From positions 31,372,001 to 31,436,000 of the forward strand of contig OZ365113.1 in assembly GCA_977030845.1 (NCBI GenBank): a stretch of 64,000 nt of DNA. Reading direction: 5' to 3'. The position numbers and the translations under genes were made by a program. The notes beneath the pieces are model-generated. The model worked only from the letters and a program-made list of their open reading frames with translations, searched no databases and was not told the origin of the DNA. The DNA is from Fimbriosthenelais zetlandica. Its lineage: Eukaryota. Below, piece after piece: positions 27,801-40,770 of this stretch. Positions within the stretch are counted from its first letter, which is position 1. Each line of letters opens with the position of its first letter.

Positions 27801-30800
27801 TCATATGAATATCGATGACTTGCATCATATTTTAACTCACAACTGAGTAACATGATGAAAATTTTAATATACTGAAATGCCATAAGAAAAACATTCCTCT
27901 AAAGCCCTGAGGTGTTTTTTGGGGGATGTGTGTGTGTTACCTGTGCATAGGTCACCAGCATGGAGTCAACTCGTGAGGAAACACCTGGGGTAACAAGGTC
28001 CTGCCCCCAGGCAAATAACCCATCCCCTCACTATAGCCCTTATTCACTGTCTGTCTTTGATGGACCGATAGCATCTGGCAGCCACTGCCCTCAATGGTTC
28101 GCCCAGGTAACTCGGTCTCTCTATCAACCAAATTAATTCCCATCTTACGTCATATGTGTCCAAGCAGTGTTAATTCTGTCGGATAATGACAATATTTGGT
28201 CACTCAAGTGGGCGGGGCAGTCATAAGTTGGGGACAGCTTGCCGGGGTAACCGACGCTATCGATGGCTCATTTACCTTGTCACGGTCTGGATGGGGAGAT
28301 CGTCCAACTATTGTCCACTAATTTTGACGTCCATCTTTGATAGCTGTACCTTCAATGACTTCACATTTGTGACCACCGTTCAGACATCGAGTATTAGGAA
28401 GATGCAATATGTTATGTGTAGGAAAGGAAGACAGACAATAGGCAATAGATAGTTCTGATTGTACCCAATCAGAACTAACTTTATTCTCAGCCTCAGACAC
28501 ATTGTCTGCTGATTAGGATCGCCCCTCTCCCTCCTGCCCGGCCATAATTTGAGATCTTAGAGATTTATGCTCTGTCTATGAGCTTTATCATTTCCAATAT
28601 GCTTCAAATAGGCCCCTGTAGGAATTTCTCCCCGAGGGTTACTATTAAGTAGCTATTGGTTTTAAATTAGTGGCATATTTCTGCCACCCCTTGGTCTCTC
28701 GGCTTGAAGCAAATGATGTGTATATCACAAAATTTGCTGGCAGGAGAAAATCTCTTTCAGTTTACCCGAGCTTTGCTTGCCACCCTGCACGACCATCTTC
28801 ATTTGTTTTGTCCCTCCATGCAATGTTCAACACTGCATCCAAACCACTGTTTTAATCCGCCTGCGAAAATTAGCTACGCCCAATCGCCCGCTGGCCCTCG
28901 TAAAAGTGACATGGGAGGGGAATATATTCGTCCTGGTGTAAGTAAGACTAATCCGGGTCGGATTTAGACTGGGCAAGGAGCGAGTTCAGCCAGTGGGAGC
29001 AATACCGGATTTCAGCCTGACCCGTTCAGATTAGCCACACGTTCGATACGGCCGTTTTCTTGGTGAGAATACGGAGATATGACGGGGAATAAAAGCGGGC
29101 TGGCTTGGGTGGCCATTTACATGCAGGGGTTGACATGGCAGGACTGAGGTGCATGTAGAAGAGAGAGGCAGCGCTCGTTAGTGCGGCGGATTAATCTCCA
29201 TGTTTATACTTGCCACCAAGCAATGCTGGATTGTTTGCCCGCCAAGAAGGCCTCCACCTCTCTCTGCTGACGTCCATTCAATCCCTCCCTTCCTTACCCA
29301 CTGTTTGGTGGACCTTCGAACTGACCAGAACATAATATTTCCTATTTTTTGCCCTCTGCGTTTAACATTGGTGACGGCAGGTGCTGTCATTTCCGCGTAG
29401 GAATGCGGTGTCAGAGGCCGCAGAGCCTGAAAGATGACACTGCATAAAAGCAGCTGATGATTTGTCGGCTATCATATTGCAGACATGCTTTCAAGTTTGA
29501 TTTTTCACATTATTGCCGCTGTTGTGGGGCGCACAAACAAGAGTGTAGGCGAGCTGAGGCCATCATTAAAGCGCCGAGGCAGCTCCCGTGAGCGAGGCAG
29601 TATTTACTTGGCGACCTTACTCTTTGTGACGACAGCCCTCTCCTATGTTTGGAGAGACTTCATCATGTGGAAATAGATGGGCCAAGAAACAAACACGATG
29701 CATTAGTAAAAGGAAACTCCAGCCGCCTCGCAAACAGAATATCAATATAGGGGGCGAGCATGGCCTCACCCCCCGCCTTTCACATAGATGACCCCTGATC
29801 TGAGGCAGGCTCTTCGCCTCACTTGGTCTATTCTCTCTGACGCTTTAACTTTGTCACACCTTGAACACAGTCTAAGACAAATTTCACAGGCCAGCGCACA
29901 AGAACAAGAACCCCGGCCTGCTATACGATCGCGGGGTATTATCTTAAGCCTAGCCGGGTTGGCGGGGTAGCCACTTCAGCCGGCATACCAGGCCAGGGCT
30001 TTGTTTTCCTTGTCTTAGCCCTGACATTATTTCACCTGAAACCATTTTGAAAACGCCAGTAGGGGCGCCCTCCATTCTGTCGGTTTGACTGCACTCTAAA
30101 GCTATTGTAATTAGTTTGAGTATTACAGGGTGAATCAGGGGGGCAAAGTGGGGGGTGAACCGACCTCCACCTCTATAGAAAAGGATCAGAATGGAGCTCA
30201 TTCCTCGAGACAGCAGGCCCCGATTGAAGTGTCATGAAATCCAGCCAGAACTTGGTGTTGTTACCCCGACAAAACTGTCTCGCTTAAACAGCTGGTTTTA
30301 TTTTGGCCATTGAATTGAGAAAACCTTCAAAGGTTTTCAATTGTGACCCATCACACTTGAAATATAAAGCTGAAATGCATTCAGTAACATTTTGAATCGA
30401 CAGTGTCACTATGCCATGTAGTTGTCGGTCGGTCATGGAAGTTTTACTTTATACCTTGCCATTGGGCCTTGAAATTGCTGCTAACAGTTGAGGTTGTAGT
30501 ATAAACCAAGTCATAAAAACAGGTCTAAAAGCTGGTTGTTGCCTCAGCACTGCCCCCGCGTGGACGCTCGGCTAACTACTGATCCGCCCTGTCAGGCCCC
30601 CAGCTTTAGATTGTTATGTCCTCAATATGGCCGGCCTTGGCTAAGTCTACACAGCCTCCTCCTGCAGGCAAGGACCCTCGTGGAAGGGGCTCTATATGAA
30701 TTCATGAGATAGTGAAGGGCCTGTCCTCCTTCCGCAGAGATAACCGCTCCGGGCAAGCCACTGAGAGGTCTCTTTTCGGATCAATACTGCCAAAGCCAGG

Positions 30801-33800
30801 CTTGGCACCGGGCACGGTTCAGACTCGGGAGGTTATGTCTGAATAATTACCCGAAGGAATGGCACACATGCATGTTAAGTCCTTCAACTTGAATGGAGAT
30901 GCCTTGATTTTTAGGCAAAAGATTCCCATCGAAGCATAAAGTGTGGGACACTCCTTGAATTCAGAGCGTCTCCACCTTTCTATATACTACTGGCATGAAA
31001 AATGGCTTCCAATATGGCTTCGCAGAATACAGCAAGCTGGTCATTGGAAAATTGTCAGCATCTTTCTTGAAAAAACCAATCTACTTTATAATGAGCCTTT
31101 TGGAAAATAGACCCAAACATTTATTTGCAGTAATGTGTTTTAGAACGCCTGAGAGAATAGAGAAGCCATATCCTGGCTTCATTCGGAGATCAGGAGGAGC
31201 AGGAAGGGAAGGAATCCCGATAAATGGATTGAGGGCGAGTGAAGGCGAGTGGTCAACTGTATCATAACCTCCGGGCTAATGCTGGCTGCAGGCTGTGGTG
31301 TGATTGTGTGTACCAGTGTGGCATGCGGATCTCTAATTTGGATCCTCAGATCCGGCTGCTTGCTCTGATATTGAGTCACAGTGCTACTGACCCAGCCCCC
31401 GCCACATGCACCCGTCATTAGGTCCAGCAAAAATTAACCATATTATCCTAGGATGGCCGGAATCTTAACTCAACCAACGGTCACTCCAGGGTTATGGATG
31501 CGTTCGGAAGCATCCTAATTTTGTGCGGTGATCGAATGGATCTGCCTGCTTAAATCCTATCTTTCGCTGATGAAAGAAAAGCGCCAATGTAGAATAATCT
31601 TGCAGTGAGAATAACTGCACCTTTACTGGATTTGTCGCATTAATAAAGGGTCCATTTTATGAGATACATTTTTATAGTTATTCACATTCATGCAGATGTT
31701 TCCGAACACGTCCCTTGCCCGGAGGGAAGAAGTGTGATGAGCTTCATCGAGCCCATATAGCTGAGGGTTATATTTAGCCCAGCATTTGATATCCACTCAT
31801 CTCGGTATTTCTTTTTCTTCCTTCATTAGGCTGAACCCACCAATAAAGAAAATATTACAAGCAAATACACAAAAGGTCGCTTCTAAACAACGAACACCTA
31901 ATAAATCAGAAAAGGTTCAATGGAAACTTTTTCTTTTAATTGAATGGGCGCATTCCATTGACGGGAGCCATAATTTGCCCCAGTACTACCACCCCGAGCA
32001 CAAAAATGCCGATGGAATATTATCAGCCAAGCAATTGCAGGGAAGAGAACTCATCGGGTGCCGTGAGATAAAATTAACTGGGGAAAGATTTAATTGAAAG
32101 TTTTCCTCTCCCGGTGATGGATGTCCCCATCGCATGACTCTCCTTCCCTTATTCCTCCAATAGGTGGCAGGACCATCGCCAGGCGATCAAAATTAACCTC
32201 GTTCTCGGTCTGCCTGACCTTGACCTTGCGTTGCCATGGTGACAAGATGTCTGAAGAAAAGTAGTTTTTTTGCTGGTGATTATTTCTTTTGTGTCTGTAC
32301 TTATCTTGGTGTCGTGCAGGTGGTGTTTTTCATTAAGAAGTTTCCCATGAACAAGTATAGTTACTTTGGAGGTGGTTATTTTGAGACGGTTGATTAAAGT
32401 GTTTGGTAGTGCAGACAGAATGTACATACATTATCCTCTCAATAGGAACAAACTTTCTACAATTCTTCTCTGTTCATTTCAAGTCCAATAAAAGTTGATT
32501 GTAGACAATCAACATCTTGTAGGTCTTCTCTGTCTGAAGACTCATATATATGAACAGATTTTAAATGGACATATAAACAAATAATGGTCGGGTCTGGCTA
32601 GTATTTCGTCCATTTAATTAATTGCCATACCAGTGGCTTCTTTTCATTGCTTAGAGAGAGTGTAGGTTGCTTCGTGACACCCCGTGTCCTTGTCACACGT
32701 TGGTGACCTGTCTCTACTGTGGATGTTACCACAGAAGCCCTCCTATGGCTTCCATCCTCCTCCTCTTCTCTTCTCATAGTTGGAGCAGCTCACCCTTCCA
32801 CTCATTGGCTTCCCGCCCTCGGGTCAGGCTTGAAAGGGAAGCCGAGGCGGTAGCGTAATCAACCTCTTTCACCCGGCAATTTTTTGTCTCTTTCTTCCTC
32901 AGCCGGCCGCTCGGTGGGGATAGCAAATTTGCATTGCTCATTTGCAGAGTTGGACGGTGGGCAGTGGGCGGGTGGGTAGGGGAGGTCAGTGGCTTCTCTG
33001 GGAGGGTGCTAATTAAGGGGGTGGAGACTGGAGAGAATGACCAGTATGAGGCCGCCGTTATGAACCAGTTCCTCCACGGTTTGCCCTGGAGTGATAGGGG
33101 TGACACTGGCTTCATTAACAAGTCACTGGAGGGAGGAGAGTATGAGATACTGTGGCTGCTTTACAGGGGAAAGATCTAAGGAAAATGAGACCGTTGAGAG
33201 AAATTGACACCTAACCGAATCAACCATTTTTTTTAATTGAAATCTGGAGAAATAAATGTATGGTTTGGTGTTAACATATTTTTTGTTCATCTAACCATCA
33301 CGTTTTCCCTCTCACGAGACACGACTATGTGCTATGTTGTAGTCTGATTTAGAATTCTCCCCATTCTTGTAGGCCTACATGTAGGGATTGTGAGGGGAAC
33401 TTGACCCAGTTGCGCCCTCTATCCTTTATGAAACGCAACATACAGGGACCCTGCGGACCCAGCCCTAGGTTCACGATCACATTCAAATGATGTGAAATTT
33501 CATGCGTTGTTAATCAAGAACGAAACAAGCTGGAAATCACTGTTTCCCACATGTTCTATGGCGCCATTGGTCTGCCGTTTCTTACTATATTGGCCAAATG
33601 ATTTCTGATGAGCACACACATAGTAATCGATTAATCCAATGGAGTTAGACTAATCTCTGTATATACAGTAACTGAGTATAAGATACTAGGCCTATATTGT
33701 GTATATGACTGCTTTACATCTAGCCCTCCACACATTGGCATGAGCTGAGAAGAACAGTCTGAATTCAATGACAAGAGAATCTATAGTATAGAGTGTATGT

Positions 33801-36800
33801 CTATAGCAGATGACAGAGTATAGTGTGTGCACTTATCCATGAGACTATAAAAGTGGGGAACCAAATGACGACTAGGCTGGGACTCGCTATGTGTCTTGAG
33901 ATCGGATGTCTATACGCCAAAGACCAATATGTACCTAACCTAATTCGGGTAATTTTAGTGGAAGGAATTCGGCCCAGGCTAGGCCCAACGTCTGCCATAC
34001 GTAATGAGTTTTTCTCTACTATATGTCAGTTGCCTGACTGGAATTTTGTCAGGTTCTTATTGTTGACTATATCAACAGAAAGTAAATAATGCAGATTTTT
34101 GGAGACACTCCTCTGTTCTTCATTTTCTTGCACAGATTTGACTTGAAACTGGAAATCGCTTGTGAAGCAGATAAAAAGTTGGTAAAAATTTAACTGTCAG
34201 TTTCTTTGATCTGTGGTACAGGTCTGTGATTGATTGCTTGAATACGTCGAGCACAATTAGAGGGTGACATTGAAATTAGCACAAACCTGTCTCAGTATAT
34301 TACAAAGGAGAGTAAGGGGGCGAGGGTAGAGACTGAGAGAGACACACTTGGGCCGAGCGTTTCTTGTATTCAAACACTTTCAACTTTCATTGATTCCCAA
34401 AATTAAACCAGCAAGTTGTCGCGGTGGCCGGCAATGGAACCTATTGAAAGGAAGAACAAGGGCGAACTGTTAGCACTTGGGATTCTAGATTGTGATGGAA
34501 ACGCCTCGAGTGAAAAGTAGCCAGTGTGGTAGCGTACACCATTCTAAGCTTTTATTGAGGAGGATGGGGAGGGCGAGTGGACTGACTTATAGAGAAAAGG
34601 GGGAGGTCCGAGGGGCAACACCCCTCCCTGAAAACTAGGTGCTAACATAATCAGATGCTTTCAACGCTGTTTGATGGTGAGCTTATTGGATTGACCGACA
34701 CGCTTGGAACCTTGAAGTCAAAACCCAAAGCGCCACCAAGCAAGAGCCTCCCCCTCTTTTTGCAGTCTAATTTACTTTGCAGACCAAGGCGCGGCAGGGG
34801 GAGGTTAGTGAAAGCTCGGCTTTAATTTGATCGCTTCTAAAGCTGGAAGGAGGACGTAAGGCCTCAAGTTTTTAGCCACTTTAAGCCCATCATCAAACCC
34901 TACACTCGCCTTATATTTCCGACCATTTCATTTGAAATCCGTCTTGGATTCCAATCCTACGGAAAAACTATACAGACTGATTCAAATGACAAGCTGTAGG
35001 ATATCCATTTAAATCATCCTCATTATTTCAGCAAAATATATCAATATGAGACATCATTATAGCTTGGTATGACTTACAACTATAAAGGATGTGTGTAATT
35101 TGGGGCTTGGTTTTTCATTTCTTCTTGGAATCAGTTGTCATCGTTGAGAGGGAGATACCTTAAGTTTTTGATATGACTGTTGTATACAGCCTGGATATCT
35201 CCGTGTTGCCTGACCTCAGTATGAAGGGATGAAGAAGGAAGGTTGGCATGTTGAATAAATAGACAAAGATGATAAACAAGACCTTCATTATGAAAACAAT
35301 ACTTGGCCCAGTGTTTAAATTGAGGATATATCACACTGTGCCCACCATCCATCTAATGTAAATGATTTATACTTCAGGGACATTAGACATACCGGCTCTG
35401 CTTTAATATACATGGATTAACCCATGAACCTTTGGGAGCTTAGTATATTCGTATATACCTCTCCAATCTAAGAAATAACTTCCATTTTTGACTGCAATGA
35501 CTCAGTACTGGTTGTGAATTCACTGAGCTTGATCCTTTGGATTAACTGATAGCTGAGACGACCTTGGGGGATATTCAAAACTTATCATTTCAACCAACTG
35601 TGCTTTCTTGCAACCGGAAGTAAAGTTTAATCAAGTGACATTGGACGAGGAAACTGTAGGTAGGACAAAAATCACTGCTCATTTTCATTCTGATGTTTAT
35701 TTACACTTTTACATCTGAACATGCTGAACATGGCTTGTACTCAGTTTTATTTTTTTCCATCTGAGGAATCTGAAATCCCTTGAATATATGAGTAGTTGTA
35801 ATAGGATAAGACCTGAAAATTTGAACTGTGGATGTGAAATTGAATGTCCGGGGAATAATAATTATCGTCTATAAAATAAACCTGTGGTTTGCTATTGAAG
35901 TGGCATAGAATGAGAGAGAGGAACTGTCAATATTCCGGGTGTACACCTGTTCCTCCCTGTGCCTCACCTGTCACAAAACCCACCCATATTGTACCTGTCC
36001 ATGCATACCTTCCCTTAGAAGTTCCCCCCTAAGACAAAGCTTTTACCATTGTCTGCGGCAGTGGGGGCCACATACTGACATATCACTCCAATCATACACT
36101 TTCCCCCACACCCAAGTGTCACAAGTTGACCGCGCTCTCACACCCTGACCTTCACCTCTGACCCTGCAGTCGCCGAAAAGGTCAACTCTGTACCCCCCAA
36201 GGGGCGCCCAGGGTAGCCATTACAAACGATTTCGGACAAAATAATATTGCCGGCGGGTCTCAAGGATGATATGTGGGGGAGAGAGGTTGGCGGGGAATTA
36301 TGGCAGATTTCGTGCATTTCTCAATGGTTGGGGATTGACATCAAAGGGAAGTTGGCGGACACATGGTAATTAAATTTCCATGGCAACCAAGTATTATCAT
36401 ATCTTATCGTTACTTTCCAACACTTCCACTGGGGGCTGTTAATAATCAATTTACTCCCTTTGTCAGTTATATTCTGAGGGTGAACTTTATCATGGAAAGG
36501 TATGTAGCATGGTACCAATTATGAGGTAGTACGGAAAAGCTTTTGAAGAATTGAAGCCACTTTGGCCTTAAGCTCATTCATATGATGTAGTGTGTGGAGA
36601 AATTCCCCCGTTTAGTTGTGTTAATGGGTGGTAATAACCACATACATGTCTAGGCAAGTTCTGTCGTTTTCTTCTTTCTTTAACCAATATTCATTAAACG
36701 GTAAATGAATATATATGGATAAATCATGGTTCTTAACGGTCAGTTAAAGGTATAGAGTAATGGGTGGAATGTACTCTATATATAATATGAAGATAGTGTA

Positions 36801-39800
36801 CTATCGGTGACTCCATCTTGTCTTGTTTGTCTGAAGCTAAGTCACTTAGCCTTCATGCAAGCTTGTCTTGACCAGGGATCACCGATTGTCCGACCTTCTT
36901 TCCTGATCTCACCCCCACCCCCAACTATTGACCACTGGTAAAAGCCCATTGTTCCGGCGGTTATAAATAACCTGGTCATTTTGAGATTGTCGTTAATGTT
37001 TTATGTTAGACTTCCTATGGACAGACCCAAAGGCATGTATGCAAATGTCCCGATCAGCAGGACTTAGACGTCAAATGTCTTATTAGCTGGGATTTGCTTT
37101 TGTATTTGAGTTTAATGAGTAGTAGGCTTATATGAAGTTATACAAGAGAAAGCACCAAGGCCCTGAGCTTTTCTATTCAAAATAGAAGAATGGAGAAAGA
37201 CTAAAGCGGAGCCCCACTGTGTGCTGGTCCCCCGCAGGCCTTATCAAAGGTGAATAATTGGGAGGTATATAGGGGTAGTGGTCAGAGTTTTGAGTTCCAC
37301 CATTCAGAGGCCCTGCCATTCCAGCAAAGGCCAAAACAAAAACACTTGCTTGGCGGTCACATAATCTTTGCTCATTTGTATTGGCACATAGTCTTAATCT
37401 TTTGGCACTGAGCAGCTTGTTCATTCGGGGCTGGACCTGCAATTAATTTTCTCGTCTCTCGTTCCTTCTCATTAATATACATTGTACATTGTGAAGGTTC
37501 TATGCTATGGCTCGGTATTTGTGTACCTCCCTCTCTCACCGCTACACTTCCACCAGGGGGTTTTCTTTCTAATTGCTTTTAGTCCCTGCCTGGTAACAAT
37601 GCGCCTCACACAATATTCACCAGCCTAATTTGGACCACAAGAAATGAAAGGGTTGCAATGTGCAGGCACGAAGAGCAATTAGGCCAGGCGAGTTCCTGCT
37701 AGAGCTACCTATTGGTAAGTTCATTTTGCTGAGGGAAAATCACACTAAACCGAAATGGCATTGGAAAATAAGCAATTTTTTTAATCAGAGAAGTAGATGA
37801 GTGTTAGAACGTTAGTCGTTAATCATTGTTTAGGAGGAAGCATTAGGGTATATGGGCAGATGAGGTCTTTTCTTAAGGAGGGTGAGAGGAGGAAGACGAA
37901 GGCCTTGATGTGCTAATAGTATTAATCAACCAACAGCTCTGAGTGGCACATATTGGTGGAGAAAGGCGCCACTATTGGTCACAAAGACGGGCTCCCGGGA
38001 GATGTGAGAATTAAGTGAGGATGGTGGTGGGAAGGCTAGGTCCTCTCCCCTCGGTATTGCCTAATGTGGTTGGGACTTATTTGCGTTTTGAAATAGGCCA
38101 GAAACAAAGAGAGGAGGGAAGTTATTAGGGGATTGCACTCGGGGACACCCAGAAATGACGGTGGGTGAACACCCCGTCTCCCCACCGCTGCTAAGCTCTG
38201 TTAATTCCCACTAATTGATATGTGCCTGTGTCAAAGACAGCCAGGCAAGAAAAAAGTGCCGCAGCAAAAGAAAGTGACGGGAGGGGATTAAACGATGCAG
38301 GGAGAATTATCGCGTCATTTGGTCTTTTCTTTTCATTAATTCACGCCTTGGGATTCCAGGCAGAAAAAAAGAGGCTTCCACGAAGTGGCTGAGTGCTGGG
38401 AAAGAAAGAGGCGCAAGACAAAAAGATGTTCACGCAGGGTAAAATCCCTCCGCGCTGAAATGAGGGCCCTATGGCAGCGTGGCTGCTGTGCTGCCGCAAT
38501 CCTATTTATTCACCCGCCAGCCGTCGTCGGGGAAAAACAACGGAAAAATGATGTGTGAGCCAGATAAACTGGGGCTGAAGAGGAGCTTTTCAGGCGAGCC
38601 TTCCGTATGCTTCATTAGCTCACAGCCAAGCCCACTGGTGAATACCTCCCGATCACCAGCGCCCGCCTTCTCTCGTGGACCTATTTAACGTTGAACATTT
38701 AAAGATGCGGTCGGTCGGGCGTCCTAAAAATTGATTTGCGGCCGGGGGAGAGTGCATTTTTTGATCATGGGTAGGTGGTGTGATGGCGTGATAGCAGCGG
38801 ACATGGGCACGCCCCGTCCCTACAGTCCCTTATCACTGTCCCGAGGGGCACACCGGAAGGAGCCCGACCTCGTCTGAGCATGCCCACCGACCCACAAGGT
38901 CACCACTTGGGGGAGCCAAGATGGCGGCCTGCCCTCTACAATTTGTAGCATTCTGATACAGGCCAGCGGTGCAGAAAACTAATTATCCACCCCCTAGACG
39001 ACTCAGCGGATGTTCGGCCCTTGCTAGCGTCAAAATGTCATATCTCAATTATGAATTTGACCCCGTAACCCCGCCAACATATGATATGCAGTTGCAGTCG
39101 GTGGAATCGATCGCCTGTCACATGGTGTCACGTGGACAAGGCCCTGACGTAAATTGATTATGCCGTTTCTTGGGCCGCGCTTTGGCCCGTCGTGGGGATT
39201 AGCGACATAACGGCGATGTGCAGATAAAGCGGTGAGTGGAGGGAGAGGTGACAGCGGCTCTCCCTCCTTCGCCCCCACTTCCATAGGATCAAGCTGACAT
39301 TAGACCCTGTCCATGGCCCCCACAAGACCTGGCAGAGCAGGGCTAAGTCTGCTTCTGCTGCTGCCTCCAGCAGCACCAGCAACAGCAGCCCGAGCAGGAG
39401 AGGCAGGTCACAAACAACAGCTATACACCCACAAAACATGAATATGTAATCATGAAAGCCCAGCTAGGCTTTAGCTGTGAGCAGACGAAAAAAAAAAAAC
39501 ATGGATAGGCTTTTCCCGCCAAAATCCCAGGTTAGTCCACCCACATGACCCTCCTGGAAATTGGACAAAATGTGCATGTCCTATATATAAGGGATTTCTT
39601 AATTCCATGAAAAGCTTTTGGGTGATTGTTCTGTTCAAGGAAAGATAGAACAAAAAGATAGAACTTAGATTAGATCTGAGATGCCAATAAAATTAAGGCA
39701 AATGAGAGGGAAGGGGAGTCGGGGTGAGAGAACTACATCTGTGTTCAGGGCAAAAGCGAGTACAGCCACACAAACGTGGTTCTGATTATTTGCTGTTCAA

Positions 39801-40698
39801 ACAACATGGCGGACTAGGGGGAACGTGGCAAAATCCATTGCCGTCATTAACATTGGGGGTCCACATGAATATGATGATTCATATGGCTTCTGTATGACCT
39901 TGCCTTTCGATATCATCCCCACTGCTTGGTGGGGTAGGGGGGAGAAGTAGGGGGTCGCCTCTCTCTCTCTCTTTCTTCCCCACAAGAGATAGGTCAGTAC
40001 CCATTCGGAGGCTGAGTCACACTGGCGAGTTGGACCAGTAATAATTGCCTCTTGATCCCGTTCGAATGGGATTCATTTGATGTGATCTAAGCCCTGACCA
40101 AGGCAAGATCAGCCACACGACACAATCGGTCCAAGAGTGGGACGAGGGACAGAAGGGGGAAGGCGGAGTTAGAAGGGGGCTATTTTTAATGCCTTGCCCG
40201 GGTCAGATCCGGGCGAAACAAAGAAGAGCGTTGGTATTCAAAGAGACACAATGGTTGATATTGTTGATGAAAATCCACAGGCTTAAATTCCCATGAGGGC
40301 CGGGGAAAATGGACGCCAGCGGTGGCCATTGTTAGAGAGGAAAACCCCGAATGATGGATTTTTTTTCTCTTCTTTTGTTTTTTCATTTCATCGCCTCCGT
40401 GATCAAGGTCAAAATCATTTCCGAAGGAGAAACAGAAACTCTCACAGCCAGTTAAGTGCAGAAAGAAGTGGGTGATTTTCTCAATCCGGATAATTTTCTT
40501 ATTGGGCCTAAATAAACTGAGGGGGGTAAATCAAGCCCACTTCTCCCGCTCCTCCTGAGCCGGGTAAATTGAGTGTTTGCATGGTCATATCTTGGCCTGC
40601 ATATTTCAGCCCCCCTTTTAAGACAGATCCCCGCTCATTTGCGTCAAGTTGATTGACACAAAACAGCAGGGCTAAGAGCGAGCTGCTCGCTGGAATCG

Positions 40699-40770
40699 AG
40701 GTCACGTCACGTGCTATTGGTAACGGAATCGAGGCTGGGTCAACGCTGAGGTCAAGGTCACCGGAGGTCA
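40699..40770 (+). promoter_or_regulatory. Second nuclear-receptor half-site cluster
   Basis: AGGTCA at 40699, 40749, 40755 and 40765, GGGTCA at 40737; includes TCAAGGTCA. Confidence 0.45.

Noticed and set aside
34136-34181. Strong acceptor with a 46-nt exon-like segment
   Set aside because: The only open frame is phase 2, incompatible with the ZFHX donor, and the donor is weak.
39287-39450. Good acceptor followed by a Ser/Ala-rich open frame (CAG-rich)
   Set aside because: Wrong phase for ZFHX, no good donor, low complexity.
40055-40072. ATCCC-GTTCGAAT-GGGAT, a T-loop-like hairpin
   Set aside because: Lacks the G53-C61 closing pair, and no D arm or acceptor stem is nearby; not a tRNA or SINE.
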